From NCBI GenBank assembly GCA_964016885.1, contig OZ024758.1, forward strand, positions 33,604,001-33,668,000: a stretch of DNA of 64,000 nt, written 5' to 3'. The position numbers and the translations under genes were made by a program. Below are positions 11,401 through 25,600 of this stretch, in pieces. Source of the DNA: Eledone cirrhosa (taxonomy: Eukaryota). How positions within the stretch are numbered: the first letter of the stretch is position 1; each line of letters opens with the position of its first letter. The notes below the pieces were generated by a model. The model was not told the origin of the DNA and did not search any database. It saw nothing but the letters and a program-made list of their open reading frames with translations.

Positions 11401-14400
11401 GTATTAGCTGTCAGAAGTAACTCCACTGTTGGTGAGAATTCATTTATGTTCATGGTACTAGTTGTCAGAAGTAACTCCACTGTTGGTGAGAATATATTTA
11501 AGTTCATGGTATTAGTTGTCAGAAGTAACTCCACTGTTGGTGAGAATTCATTTAAGTCATGGTATTAGTTGTCAGAAGTAACTCCAATGTTGGTGAGAAT
11601 TCATTTAAGTTCATGGTACTAGCTGTCAGAAGTAACTCCACTGTTGGTGAGAATTCATTTAAGTTCATGGTATTAGCTGTCAGTAGTAACTCCACTGTTG
11701 GTGAGAATTCATTTAAGTCATGGTATTAGCTGTCAGAAGTAACTCCATTGTTGGTGAGCATTCATTTAAGTCATGGTACTAGCTGTCAGAAGTAACTCCA
11801 CTGTTGGTGAGAATTCATTTAAGTTCATGGTATTAGCTGTCAGAAGTCACTCCACTGTTGGTGAGAATTCATTTAAGTTCATGGTACTAGCTGTCAGAAG
11901 TAACTCCACTGTTGGTGAGAATTCATTTAAGTTCATGGTATTAGTTTGTCAGAAGTAACTCCACTGTTGGTGAGAATTCATTTAAGTCATGGTATTAGTT
12001 GTCAGAAGTAACTCCAATGTTGGTGAGAATTCATTTAAGTCATGGTACTAGCTGTCAGAAGTAACTCCAATGTTGGTGAGAATTCATTTAAGTTCATGGT
12101 ATTAGCTGTCAGAAGGAACTCCACTGTTGGTGAGAATTCATTTAAGTTCATGGTATTAGCTGTCAGAAGTAACTCCACTGTTGGTGAGAATTCATTTAAG
12201 TTCATGGTACTAGCTGTCAGAAGTAACTCCAATGTTGGTGAGAATTCATTTAAGTTCATGGTATTAGCTGTCAGAAGTAACTCCACTGTTGGTGAGAATT
12301 CATTTAAGTTCATGGTATTAGCTGTCAGAAGTAACTCCACTGTTGGTGAGAATTCATTTAAGTTCATGGTATTAGCTGTCAGAAGGAACTCCACTGTTGG
12401 TGAGAATTCATTTAAGTTCATGGTATTAGCTGTCAGAAGTAACTCCATTGTTGGTGAGAATTCATTTAAGTCATGGTACTAGCTGTCAGAAGTAACTCCA
12501 CTGTTGGTGAGAATTCATTTAAGTTCATGGTATTAGTTTGTCAGAAGTAACTCCACTGTTGGTGCGAATTCATTTAAGTCATGGTATTAGTTGTCAGAAG
12601 TAACTCCAATGTTGGTGAGAATTCATTTAAGTTCATGGTATTAGCTGTCAGAAGTCACTCCACTGTTGGTGAGAATTCATTTAAGTTCATGGTACTAGCT
12701 GTCAGAAGTAACTCCACTGTTGGTGAGAATTCATTTAAGTTCATGGTATTAGTTTGTCAGAAGTAACTCCACTGTTGGTGAGAATTCATTTAAGTCATGG
12801 TATTAGTTGTCAGAAGTAACTCCAATGTTGGTGAGAATTCATTTAAGTCATGGTACTAGCTGTCAGAAGTAACTCCAATGTTGGTGAGAATTCATTTAAG
12901 TTCATGGTATTAGCTGTCAGAAGGAACTCCACTGTTGGTGAGAATTCATTTAAGTTCATGGTATTAGCTGTCAGAAGTAACTCCACTGTTGGTGAGAATT
13001 CATTTAAGTTCATGGTACTAGCTGTCAGAAGTAACTCCAATGTTGGTGAGAATTCATTTAAGTTCATGGTATTAGCTGTCAGAAGGAACTCCACTGTTGG
13101 TGAGAATTCATTTAAGTTCATGGTATTAGCTGTCAGAAGTAACTCCACTGTTGGTGAGAATTCATTTATGTTCATGGTACTAGTTGTCAGAAGTAACTCC
13201 ACTGTTGGTGAGAATATATTTAAGTTCATGGTATTAGTTGTCAGAAGTAACTCCACTGTTGGTGAGAATTCATTTAAGTCATGGTATTAGTTGTCAGAAG
13301 TAACTCCAATGTTGGTGAGAATTCATTTAATTTCATGGTACTAGCTGTCAGAAGTAACTCCACTGTTGGTGAGAATTCATTTAAGTTCATGGTATTAGCT
13401 GTCAGAAGTAACTCCACTGTTGGTGAGAATTCATTTAAGTCATGGTATTAGCTGTCAGAAGTAACTCCATTGTTGGTGAGCATTCATTTAAGTCATGGTA
13501 CTAGCTGTCAGAAGTAACTCCACTGTTGGTGAGAATTCATTTAAGTTCATGGTATTAGCTGTCAGAAGTCACTCCACTGTTGGTGAGAATTCATTTAAGT
13601 TCATGGTACTAGCTGTCAGAAGTAACTCCACTGTTGGTGAGAATTCATTTAAGTTCATGGTATTAGTTTGTCAGAAGTAACTCCACTGTTGGTGAGAATT
13701 CATTTAAGTCATGGTATTAGTTGTCAGAAGTAACTCCAATGTTGGTGAGAATTCATTTAAGTCATGGTACTAGCTGTCAGAAGTAACTCCAATGTTGGTG
13801 AGAATTCATTTAAGTTCATGGTATTAGCTGTCAGAAGGAACTCCACTGTTGGTGAGAATTCATTTAAGTTCATGGTATTAGCTGTCAGAAGTAACTCCAC
13901 TGTTGGTGAGAATTCATTTAAGTTCATGGTACTAGCTGTCAGAAGTAACTCCAATGTTGGTGAGAATTCATTTAAGTTCATGGTATTAGCTGTCAGAAGT
14001 AACTCCACTGTTGGTGAGAATTCATTTAAGTTCATGGTATTAGCTGTCAGAAGTAACTCCACTGTTGGTGAGAATTCATTTAAGTTCATGGTATTAGCTG
14101 TCAGAAGGAACTCCACTGTTGGTGAGAATTCATTTAAGTTCATGGTATTAGCTGTCAGAAGTAACTCCATTGTTGGTGAGAATTCATTTAAGTCATGGTA
14201 CTAGCTGTCAGAAGTAACTCCACTGTTGGTGAGAATTCATTTAAGTTCATGGTATTAGTTTGTCAGAAGTAACTCCACTGTTGGTGCGAATTCATTTAAG
14301 TCATGGTATTAGTTGTCAGAAGTAACTCCAATGTTGGTGAGAATTCATTTAAGTTCATGGTATTAGCTGTCAGAAGTCACTCCACTGTTGGTGAGAATTC

Positions 14401-14800
14401 ATTTAAGTTCATGGTACTAGCTGTCAGAAGTAACTCCACTGTTGGTGAGAATTCATTTAAGTTCATGGTATTAGTTTGTCAGAAGTAACTCCACTGTTGG
14501 TGAGAATTCATTTAAGTCATGGTATTAGTTGTCAGAAGTAACTCCAATGTTGGTGAGAATTCATTTAAGTCATGGTACTAGCTGTCAGAAGTAACTCCAA
14601 TGTTGGTGAGAATTCATTTAAGTTCATGGTATTAGCTGTCAGAAGGAACTCCACTGTTGGTGAGAATTCATTTAAGTTCATGGTATTAGCTGTCAGAAGT
14701 AACTCCACTGTTGGTGAGAATTCATTTAAGTTCATGGTACTAGCTGTCAGAAGTAACTCCAATGTTGGTGAGAATTCATTTAAGTTCATGGTATTAGCTG
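11290..14800. repeat. Higher-order duplication, 1,722-bp offset (about 32 monomers)
   Basis: ORF starts 11773/13495, 12042/13764, 12581/14303 and 12850/14572 are offset by 1722. GGTGCGAAT is shared at ~12564 and ~14285. Confidence 0.85.
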
Positions 14801-17800
14801 TCAGAAGTAACTCCACTGTTGGTGAGAATTCATTTAAGTCATGGTATTAGCTGTCAGAAGTAACTCCACTGTTGGTGAGAATTCATTTAAGTTCATGGTA
14901 TTAGCTGTCAGAAGTAACTCCACTGTTGGTGAGAATTCATTTAAGTTCATGCTATTAGCTGTCAGAAGGAACTCCACTGTTGGTGAGAATTCATTTAAGT
15001 TCATGGTATTAGCTGTCAGAAGTAACTCCATTGTTGGTGAGAATTCATTTAAGTCATGGTACTAGCTGTCAGAAGTAACTCCACTGTTGGTGAGAATTCA
15101 TTTAAGTTCATGGTATTAGTTTGTCAGAAGTAACTCCACTGTTGGTGCGAATTCATTTAAGTCATGGTATTAGTTGTCAGAAGTAACTCCAATGTTGGTG
15201 AGAATTCATTTAAGTTCATGGTACTAGCTGTCAGAAGTAACTCCATTGTTGGTGAGAATTCATTTAAGTTCATGGTACTAGCTGTCAGAAGTAACTCCAC
15301 TGTTGGTGAGAATTCATTTAAGTTCATGGTATTAGTTTGTCAGAAGTAACTCCACTGTTGGTGAGAATTCATTTAAGTCATGGTATTAGTTGTCAGAAGT
15401 AACTCAAATGTTGGTGAGAATTCATTTAAGTCATGGTACTAGCTGTCAGAAGTAACTCCAATGTTGGTGAGAATTCATTTAAGTTCATGGTATTAGCTGT
15501 CAGAAGGAACTCCACTGTTGGTGAGAATTCATTTAAGTTCATGGTATTAGCTGTCAGAAGTAACTCAACTGTTGGTGAGAATTCATTTAAGTTCATGGTA
15601 CTAGCTGTCAGAAGTAACTCCAATGTTGGTGAGAATTCATTTAAGTTCATGGTATTAGCTGTCAGAAGTAACTCCACTGTTGGTGAGAATTCATTTAAGT
15701 CATGGTATTAGCTGTCAGAAGTAACTCCAATGTTGGTGAGAATTCATTTAAGTTCATGGTATTAGCTGTCAGAAGTAACTCCACTGTTGGTGAGAATTCA
15801 TTTAAGTCATGGTACTAGCTGTCAGAAGTAACTCCACTGTTGGTGAGAATTCATTTAAGTTCATGGTATTAGCTGTCAGAAGGAACTCCACTGTTGGTGA
15901 GAATTCATTTAAGTTCATGGTATTAGCTGTCAGAAGGAACGCCACTGTTGGTGAGAATTCATTTAAGTTCATGGTATTAGCTGTCAGAAGTAACTCCACT
16001 GTTGGTGAGAATTCATTTAAGTTCATGGTACTAGCTGTCAGAAGTAACTCCAATGTTGGTGAGAATTCATTTAAGTTCATGGTATTAGCTGTCAGAAGGA
16101 ACTCCACTGTTGGTGAGAATTCATTTAAGTTCATGGTATTAGCTGTCAGAAGTAACTCCACTGTTGGTGAGAATTCATTTATGTTCATGGTACTAGTTGT
16201 CAGAAGTAACTCCACTGTTGGTGAGAATATATTTAAGTTCATGGTATTAGTTGTCAGAAGTAACTCCACTGTTGGTGAGAATTCATTTAAGTCATGGTAT
16301 TAGTTGTCAGAAGTAACTCCAATGTTGGTGAGAATTCATTTAAGTTCATGGTACTAGCTGTCAGAAGTAACTCCACTGTTGGTGAGAATTCATTTAAGTT
16401 CATGGTATTAGCTGTCAGAAGTAACTCCACTGTTGGTGAGAATTCATTTAAGTCATGGTATTAGCTGTCAGAAGTAACTCCATTGTTGGTGAGCATTCAT
16501 TTAAGTCATGGTACTAGCTGTCAGAAGTAACTCCACTGTTGGTGAGAATTCATTTAAGTTCATGGTATTAGCTGTCAGAAGTCACTCCACTGTTGGTGAG
16601 AATTCATTTAAGTTCATGGTACTAGCTGTCAGAAGTAACTCCACTGTTGGTGAGAATTCATTTAAGTTCATGGTATTAGTTTGTCAGAAGTAACTCCACT
16701 GTTGGTGAGAATTCATTTAAGTCAAGGTATTAGTTGTCAGAAGTAACTCCAATGTTGGTGAGAATTCATTTAAGTCATGGTACTAGCTGTCAGAAGTAAC
16801 TCCAATGTTGGTGAGAATTCATTTAAGTTCATGGTATTAGCTGTCAGAAGGAACTCCACTGTTGGTGAGAATTCATTTAAGTTCATGGTATTAGCTGTCA
16901 GAAGTAACTCCACTGTTGGTGAGAATTCATTTAAGTTCATGGTACTAGCTGTCAGAAGTAACTCCAATGTTGGTGAGAATTCATTTAAGTTCATGGTATT
17001 AGCTGTCAGAAGTAACTCCACTGTTGGTGAGAATTCATTTAAGTCATGGTATTAGCTGTCAGAAGTAACTCCAACGTTGGTGAGAATTCATTTAAGTTCA
17101 TGGTATTAGCTGTCAGAAGTAACTCCACTGTTGGTGAGAATTCATTTAAGTTCATGGTATTAGCTGTCAGAAGTAACTCCACTGTTGGTGAGAATTCATT
17201 TAAGTTCATGGTACTAGCTGTCAGAAGTAACTCCACTGTTGGTGAGAATTCATTTAAGTTCATGGTATTAGTTTGTCAGAAGTAACTCCACTGTTGGTGA
17301 GAATTCATTTAAGTTCATAGTATTAGCTGTCAGAAGGAACGCCACTGTTGGTGAGAATTCATTTAAGTTCATGGTATTAGCTGTCAGAAGTAACTCCACT
17401 GTTGTTGAGAATTCATTTAAGTTCATGGTACTAGCTGTCAGAAGTAACTCCAATGTTGGTGAGAATTCATTTAAGTTCATGGTATTAGCTGTCAGAAGGA
17501 ACTCCACTGTTGGTGAGAATTCATTTAAGTTCATGGTATTAGCTGTCAGAAGTAACTCCATTGTTGGTGAGAATTCATTTAAGTCATGGTACTAGCTGTC
17601 AGAAGTAACTCCACTGTTGGTGAGAATTCATTTAAGTTCATGGTATTAGTTTGTCAGAAGTAACTCCACTGTTGGTGAGAATTCATTTAAGTCATGGTAT
17701 TAGTTGTCAGAAGTAACTCCAATGTTGGTGAGAATTCATTTAAGTTCATGGTACTAGCTGTCAGAAGTAACTCCATTGTTGGTGAGAATTCATTTAAGTT

Positions 17801-18829
17801 CATGGTACTAGCTGTCAGAAGTAACTCCACTGTTGGTGAGAATTCATTTAAGTTCATGGTATTAGTTTGTCAGAAGTAACTCCACTGTTGGTGAGAATTC
17901 ATTTAAGTCATGGTATTAGTTGTCAGAAGTAACTCCAATGTTGGTGAGAATTCATTTAAGTCATGGTACTAGCTGTCAGAAGTAACTCCAATGTTGGTGA
18001 GAATTCATTTAAGTTCATGGTATTAGCTGTCAGAAGGAACTCCACTGTTGGTGAGAATTCATTTAAGTTCATGGTACTAGCTGTCAGAAGTAACTCCAAT
18101 GTTGGTGAGAATTCATTTAAGTTCATGGTATTAGCTGTCAGAAGTAACTCCACTGTTGGTGAGAATTCATTTAAGTTCATGGTATTAGCTGTCAGAAGGA
18201 ACTCCACTGTTGGTGAGAATTCATTTAAGTTCATGGTACTAGCTGTCAGAAGTAACTCCACTGTTGGTGAGAATTCATTTAAGTTCATGGTATTAGCTGT
18301 CAGAAGTAACTCCACTGTTGGTGAGAATTCATTTAAGTTCATGGTATTAGCTGTCAGAAGTAACTCCACTGTTGGTGAGAATTCATTTAAGTTCATGGTA
18401 CTAGCTGTCAGAAGTAACTCCACTGTTGGTGAGAATTCATTTAAGTTCATGGTATTAGCTTGTCAGAAGTAACTCCACTGTTGGTGAGAATTCATTTAAG
18501 TCATGGTATTAGTTGTCAGAAGTAACTCCAATGTTGGTGAGAATTCATTTAAGTTCATGGTATTAGCTGTCAGAAGTAACTCCACTGTTGGTGAGAATTC
18601 ATTTAAGTTCATGGTATTAGCTGTCAGAAGTAACTCCACTGTTGGTGAGAATTCATTTAAGTCATGGTATTATCTGTCAGAAGTAACTCCATTGTTGGTG
18701 AGAATTCATTTAAGTCATGGTACTAGCTGTCAGAAGTAACTCCACTGTTGGTGAGAATTCATTTAAGTTCATGGTACTAGCTGTCAGAAGTAACTCCACT
18801 GTTGGTGAGAATTCATTTAAGTTCATGGT

Positions 18830-21800
18830 ACTAGCTGTCAGAAGTAACTCCACTGTTGGTGAGAATTCATTTAAGTTCATGGTACTAGCTGTCAGAAGTA
18901 ACTCCACTGTTGGTGAGAATTCATTTAAGTTCATGGTATTAGCTGTCAGAAGTCACTCCAATGTTGGTGAGTTCATTTAAGTTCATGGTATTAGCTGTCA
19001 GAAGTCACTCCACTGTTGGTGAGAATTCATTTTAGTTCATGGTACTAGCTGTCAGAATTAACCCCAATGTTGGTGAGAACTCATTTAAGTTCATGGTATT
19101 AGCTGTCAGAAGTCACTCCAATGTTGGTTAGAATTCATTTAAGTTCATGGTATTAGCTGTCAGAAGTAACTCCACTGTTGGTGAGAATTCATTTAAGTTC
19201 ATGGTATTAGCTGTCAGAAGTAACTCCACTGTTGGTGAGAATTCATTTAAGTTCATGGTATTAGCTGTCAGAAGTAACTCCACTGTTGGTGAGAATTCAT
19301 TTAAGTTCATGGTATTAGCTGTCAGAAGGAACTCCAATGTTGGTGAGAATTCATTTAAGTCATGGTACTAGCTGTCAGAAGTAACTCCACTGTGGGTGAG
19401 AATTCATTTAAGTTCATGGTATTAGCTGTCAGAAGGAACGCCACTGTTGGTGAGAATTCATTTAAGTTCATGGTATTAGCTGTCAGAAGTAACTCCACTG
19501 TTGGTGAGAATTCATTTAAGTTCATTTTACTAGCTGTCAGAAGTAACTCCAATGTTGGTGAGAATTCATTTAAGTTCATGGTATTAGCTGTCAGAAGGAA
19601 CTCCACTGTTGGTGAGAATTCATTTAAGTTCATGGTATTAGCTGTCAGAAGTAACTCCACTGTTGGTGAGAATTCATTTAAGTTCATGGTACAAGTTGTC
19701 AGAAGTAACTCCACTGTTGGTGAGAATTCATTTAAGTTCATGGTATTAGTTGTCAGAAGTAACTCCACTGTTGGTGAGAATTCATTTAAGTCATGGTATT
19801 AGTTGTCAGAAGTAACTCCAATGTTGGTGAGAATTCATTTAAGTTCATGGTACTAGCTGTCAGAAGTAACTCCACTGTTGGTGAGAATTCATTTAAGTTC
19901 ATGGTATTAGCTGTCAGAAGTAACTCCACTGTTGGTGAGAATTCATTTAAGTCATGGTATTAGCTGTCAGAAGTAACTCCATTGTTGGTGAGAATTCATT
20001 TAAGTCATGGTACTAGCTGTCAGAAGTAACTCCACTGTTGGTGAGAATTCCTTTAAGTTCATGGTATTAGCTGTCAGAAGGAACTCCACTGTTGGTGAGA
20101 ATTCATTTAAGTTCATGGTACTAGCTGTCAGAAGTAACTCCACTGTTGGTGAGAATTCATTTAAGTTCATGGTACTAGCTGTCAGAAGTAACTCCAATGT
20201 TGGTGAGAATTCATTTAAGTTCATGGTATTAGCTGTCAGAAGGAACTTCACTCTTGGTGAGAATTCATTTAAGTTCATGGTACTAGCTGTCAGAAGTAAC
20301 TCCACTGTTGGTGAGAATTCATTTAAGTTCATGGTACTAGCTGTCAGAAGTAACTCCACTGTTGGTGAGAATTCATTTAAGTTCATGGTATTAGCTGTCA
20401 GAAGTCACTCCAATGTTGGTGAGTTCATTTAAGTTCATGGTATTAGCTGTCAGAAGTCACTCCACTGTTGGTGAGAATTCATTTTAGTTCATGGTACTAG
20501 CTGTCAGAAGTAACCCCAATGTTGGTGAGAATTCATTTAAGTTCATGGTATTAGCTGTCAGAAGTCACTCCAATGTTGGTTAGAATTCATTTAAGTTCAT
20601 GGTATTAGCTGTCAGAAGTAACTCCACTGTTGGTGAGAATTCATTTAAGTTCATGGTATTAGCTGTCAGAAGTAACTCCAATGTTGGTGAGAATTCATTT
20701 AAGTTCATGGTATTAGCTGTCAGAAGTAACTCCACTGTTGGTGAGAATTCATTTAAGTTCATGGTATTAGCTGTCAGAAGGAACTCCAATGTTGGTGAGA
20801 ATTCATTTAAGTCATGGTACTAGCTGTCAAAAGTAACTCCACTGTTGGTGAGAATTCATTTAAGTTCATGGTATTAGCTGTCAGAAGGAACGCCACTGTT
20901 GGTGAGAATTCATTTAAGTTCATGGTATTAGCTGTCAGAAGTAACTCCACTGTTGGTGAGAATTCATTTAAGTTCATGGTATTAGCTGTCAGAAGGAACT
21001 CCACTGTTGGTGAGAATTCATTTAAGTTCATGGTACAAGTTGTCAGAAGTAACTCCACTGTTGGTGAGAATTCATTTAAGTTCATGGTATTAGCTGTCAG
21101 AAGGAACTCCACTGTTGGTGAGAATTCATTTAAGTTCATGGTATTAGCTGTCAGAAGTAACTCCACTGTTGGTGAGAATTCATTTAAGTTCATGGTACAA
21201 GTTGTCAGAAGTAACTCCACTGTTGGTGAGAATTCATTTAAGTTCATGGTATTAGTTGTCAGAAGTAACTCCACTGTTGGTGAGAATTCATTTAAGTCAT
21301 GGTATTAGTTGTCAGAAGTAACTCCAATGTTGGTGAGAATTCATTTAAGTTCATGGTACTAGCTGTCAGAAGTAACTCCACTGTTGGTGAGAATTCATTT
21401 AAGTTCATGGTATTAGCTGTCAGAAGTAACTCCACTGTTGGTGAGAATTCATTTAAGTCATGGTATTAGCTGTCAGAAGTAACTCCATTGTTGGTGAGAA
21501 TTCATTTAAGTCATGGTACTAGCTGTCAGAAGTAACTCCACTGTTGGTGAGAATTCCTTTAAGTTCATGGTATTAGCTGTCAGAAGGAACTCCACTGTTG
21601 GTGAGAATTCATTTAAGTTCATGGTACTAGCTGTCAGAAGTAACTCCACTGTTGGTGAGAATTCATTTAAGTTCATGGTACTAGCTGTCAGAAGTAACTC
21701 CAATGTTGGTGAGAATTCATTTAAGTTCATGGTATTAGCTGTCAGAAGGAACTTCACTGTTGGTGAGAATTCATTTAAGTTCATGGTACTAGCTGTCAGA

Positions 21801-22600
21801 AGTAACTCCACTGTTGGTGAGAATTCATTTAAGTTCATGGTACTAGCTGTCAGAAGTAACTCCACTGTTGGTGAGAATTCATTTAAGTTCATGGTATTAG
21901 CTGTCAGAAGTCACTCCAATGTTGGTGAGTTCATTTAAGTTCATGGTATTAGCTGTCAGAAGTCACTCCACTGTTGGTGAGAATTCATTTTAGTTCATGG
22001 TACTAGCTGTCAGAAGTAACCCCAATGTTGGTGAGAATTCATTTAAGTTCATGGTATTAGCTGTCAGAAGTCACTCCAATGTTGGTTAGAATTCATTTAA
22101 GTTCATGGTATTAGCTGTCAGAAGTAACTCCACTGTTGGTGAGAATTCATTTAAGTTCATGGTATTAGCTGTCAGAAGTAACTCCAATGTTGGTGAGAAT
22201 TCATTTAAGTTCATGGTATTAGCTGTCAGAAGTAACTCCACTGTTGGTGAGAATTCATTTAAGTTCATGGTATTAGCTGTCAGAAGGAACTCCAATGTTG
22301 GTGAGAATTCATTTAAGTCATGGTACTAGCTGTCAAAAGTAACTCCACTGTTGGTGAGAATTCATTTAAGTTCATGGTATTAGCTGTCAGAAGGAACGCC
22401 ACTGTTGGTGAGAATTCATTTAAGTTCATGGTATTAGCTGTCAGAAGTAACTCCACTGTTGGTGAGAATTCATTTAAGTTCATGGTATTAGCTGTCAGAA
22501 GGAACTCCACTGTTGGTGAGAATTCATTTAAGTTCATGGTACAAGTTGTCAGAAGTAACTCCACTGTTGGTGAGAATTCATTTAAATTCATGGTATTAGT
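18830..22600. repeat. Local higher-order repeat of about 27-28 monomers (1,452 and 1,506-bp periods)
   Basis: The 52-bp monomer lies at ~18970, 20423 and 21929. ORFs 20007/21513, 20599/22105 and 20814/22320 are offset by 1506. Confidence 0.8.
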
Positions 22601-25600
22601 TGTCAGAAGGAACTCCACTGTTGGTGAGAATTCATTTAAGTTCATGGTATTAGCTGTCAGAAGTAACTCCACTGTTGGTGAGAATTCATTTAAGTCATGG
22701 TATTAGCTGTCAGAAGTAACTCCATTGTTGGTGAGAATTCATTTAAGTCATGGTACTAGCTGTCAGAAGTAACTCCACTGTTGGTGAGAATTCATTTAAG
22801 TTCATGGTATTAGCTGTCAGAAGGAACTCCACTGTTGGTGAGAATTCATTTAAGTTCATGGTACTAGCTGTCAGAAGTAACTCCACTGTTGGTGAGAATT
22901 CATTTAAGTTCATGGTACTAGCTGTCAGAAGTAACTCCAATGTTGGTGAGAATTCATTTAAGTTCATGGTATTAGCTGTCAGAAGGAACTCCACTGTTGG
23001 TGAGAATTCATTTAAGTTCATGGTATTAGCTGTCAGAAGTAACTCCACTGTTGGTGAGAATTAATTTATGTTCATGGTACTAGTTGTCAGAAGTAACTCC
23101 ACTGTTGGTGAGAATATATTTAAGTTCATGGTATTAGTTGTCAGAAGTAACTCCACTGTTGGTGAGAATTCATTTAATTCATGGTATTAGTTGTCAGAAG
23201 TAACTCCAATGTTGGTGAGAATTCATTTAAGTTCAAGGTACTAGCTGTCAGAAGTAACTCCACTGTTGGTGAGAATTCATTTAAGTTCATGGTATTAGCT
23301 GTCAGAAGTAACTCCACTGTTGGTGAGAATTCATTTAAGTTCATGGTATTAGCTGTCAGAAGGAACTCCACTGTTGGTGAGAATTCATTTAAGTTCATGG
23401 TACTAGCTGTCAGAAGTAACTCCACTGTTGGTGAGAATTCATTTAAGTTCATGGTATTAGCTGTCAGAAGTAACTCCACTGTTGGTGAGAATTCATTTAA
23501 GTTCATGGTATTAGCTGTCAGAAGTAACTCCACTGTTGGTGAGAATTCATTTAAGTTCATGGTACTAGCTGTCAGAAGTAACTCCACTGTTGGTGAGAAT
23601 TCATTTAAGTTCATGGTATTAGCTGTCAGAAGTAACTCCACTGTTGGTGAGAATTCATTTAAGTCATGGTATTATCTGTCAGAAGTAACTCCATTGTTGG
23701 TGAGAATTCATTTAAGTTCATGGTATTAGCTGTCAGAAGTAACTCCACTGTTGGTGAGAATTCATTTAAGTTCATGGTATTAGCTGTCAGAAGGAACTCC
23801 ACTGTTGGTGAGAATTCATTTAAGTTCATGGTACTAGCTGTCAGAAGTAACTCCACTGTTGGTGAGAATTCATTTAAGTTCATGGTATTAGCTGTCAGAA
23901 GTAACTCCACTGTTGGTGAGAATTCATTTAAGTTCATGGTACTAGCTGTCAGAAGTAACTCCACTGTTGGTGAGAATTCATTTAAGTTCATGGTATTAGC
24001 TTGTCAGAAGTAACTCCACTGTTGGTGAGAATTCATTTAAGTCATGGTATTAGTTGTCAGAAGTAACTCCAATGTTGGTGAGAATTCATTTAAGTTCATG
24101 GTTCTAGCTGTCAGAAGTAACTCCACTGTTGGTGAGAATTCATTTAAGTTCATGGTATTAGCTGTCAGAAGTAACTCCACTGTTGGTGAGAATTCATTTA
24201 AGTCATGGTATTATCTGTCAGAAGTAACTCCATTGTTGGTGAGAATTCATTTAAGTCATGGTACTAGCTGTCAGAAGTAACTCCACCGTTGGTGAGAATT
24301 CATTTAAGTTCATGGTACTAGCTGTCAGAAGTAACTCCACTGTTGGTGAGAATTCATTTAAGTTCATGGTACTAGCTGTCAGAAGTAACTCCACTGTTGG
24401 TGAGAATTCATTTAAGTTCATGGTACTAGCTGTCAGAAGTAACTCCACTGTTGGTGAGAATTCATTTAAGTTCATGGTATTAGCTGTCAGAAGTCACTCC
24501 AATGTTGGTGAGTTCATTTAAGTTCATGGTATTAGCTGTCAGAAGTCACTCCACTGTTGGTGAGAATTCATTTAAGTTCATGGTATTAGCTGTCAGAAGT
24601 CACTCCAATGTTGGTTAGAATTCATTTAAGTTCATGGTATTAGCTGTCAGAAGTAACTCCACTGTTGGTGAGAATTCATTTAAGTTCATGGTATTAGCTG
24701 TCAGAAGTAACTCCACTGTTGGTGAGAATTCATTTAAGTTCATGGTATTAGCTGTCAGAAGTAACTCCACTGTTGGTGAGAATTCATTTAAGTTCATGGT
24801 ATTAGCTGTCAGAAGGAACTCCAATGTTGGTGAGAATTCATTTAAGTCATGGTACTAGCTGTCAGAAGTAACTCCACTGTTGGTGAGAATTCATTTAAGT
24901 TCATGGTATTAGCTGTCAGAAGGAACGCCACTGTTGGTGAGAATTCATTTAAGTTCATGGTATTAGCTGTCAGAAGTAACTCCACTGTTGGTGAGAATTC
25001 ATTTAAGTTCATTTTACTAGCTGTCAGAAGTAACTCCAATGTTGGTGAGAATTCATTTAAGTTCATGGTATTAGCTGTCAGAAGGAACTCCACTGTTGGT
25101 GAGAATTCATTTAAGTTCATGGTATTAGCTGTCAGAAGTAACTCCACTGTTGGTGAGAATTCATTTAAGTTCATGGTACAAGTTGTCAGAAGTAACTCCA
25201 CTGTTGGTGAGAATTCATTTAAGTTCATGGTATTAGTTGTCAGAAGCAACTCCACTGTTGGTGAGAATTCATTTAAGTCATGGTATTAGTTGTCAGAAGT
25301 AACTCCAATGTTGGTGAGAATTCATTTAAGTTCATGGTACTAGCTGTCAGAAGTAACTCCACTGTTGGTGAGAATTCATTTAAGTTCATGGTATTAGCTG
25401 TCAGAAGTAACTCCACTGTTGGTGAGAATTCATTTAAGTCATGGTATTAGCTGTCAGAAGTAACTCCATTGTTGGTGAGAATTCATTTAAGTCATGGTAC
25501 TAGCTGTCAGAAGTAACTCCACTGTTGGTGAGAATTCATTTAAGTTCATGGTACTAGCTGTCAGAAGTAACTCCAATGTTGGTGAGAATTCATTTAAGTT

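Larger units (their letters stand above)
1..18440. repeat. Left satellite sub-domain (variant class A)
   Basis: Markers I saw only here: CACTGTTGGTTAG (~287, 718, 9009, 9440, 10571, 11002), TTTACG (~1161, 2510, 3370, 4665, 6331), CTCAATTG (~1462, 3671, 6632), GGTGCGAAT (~8203, 12564, 14285, 15147) and GTATCAG (~2951, 4836). The boundary is approximate. Confidence 0.7.
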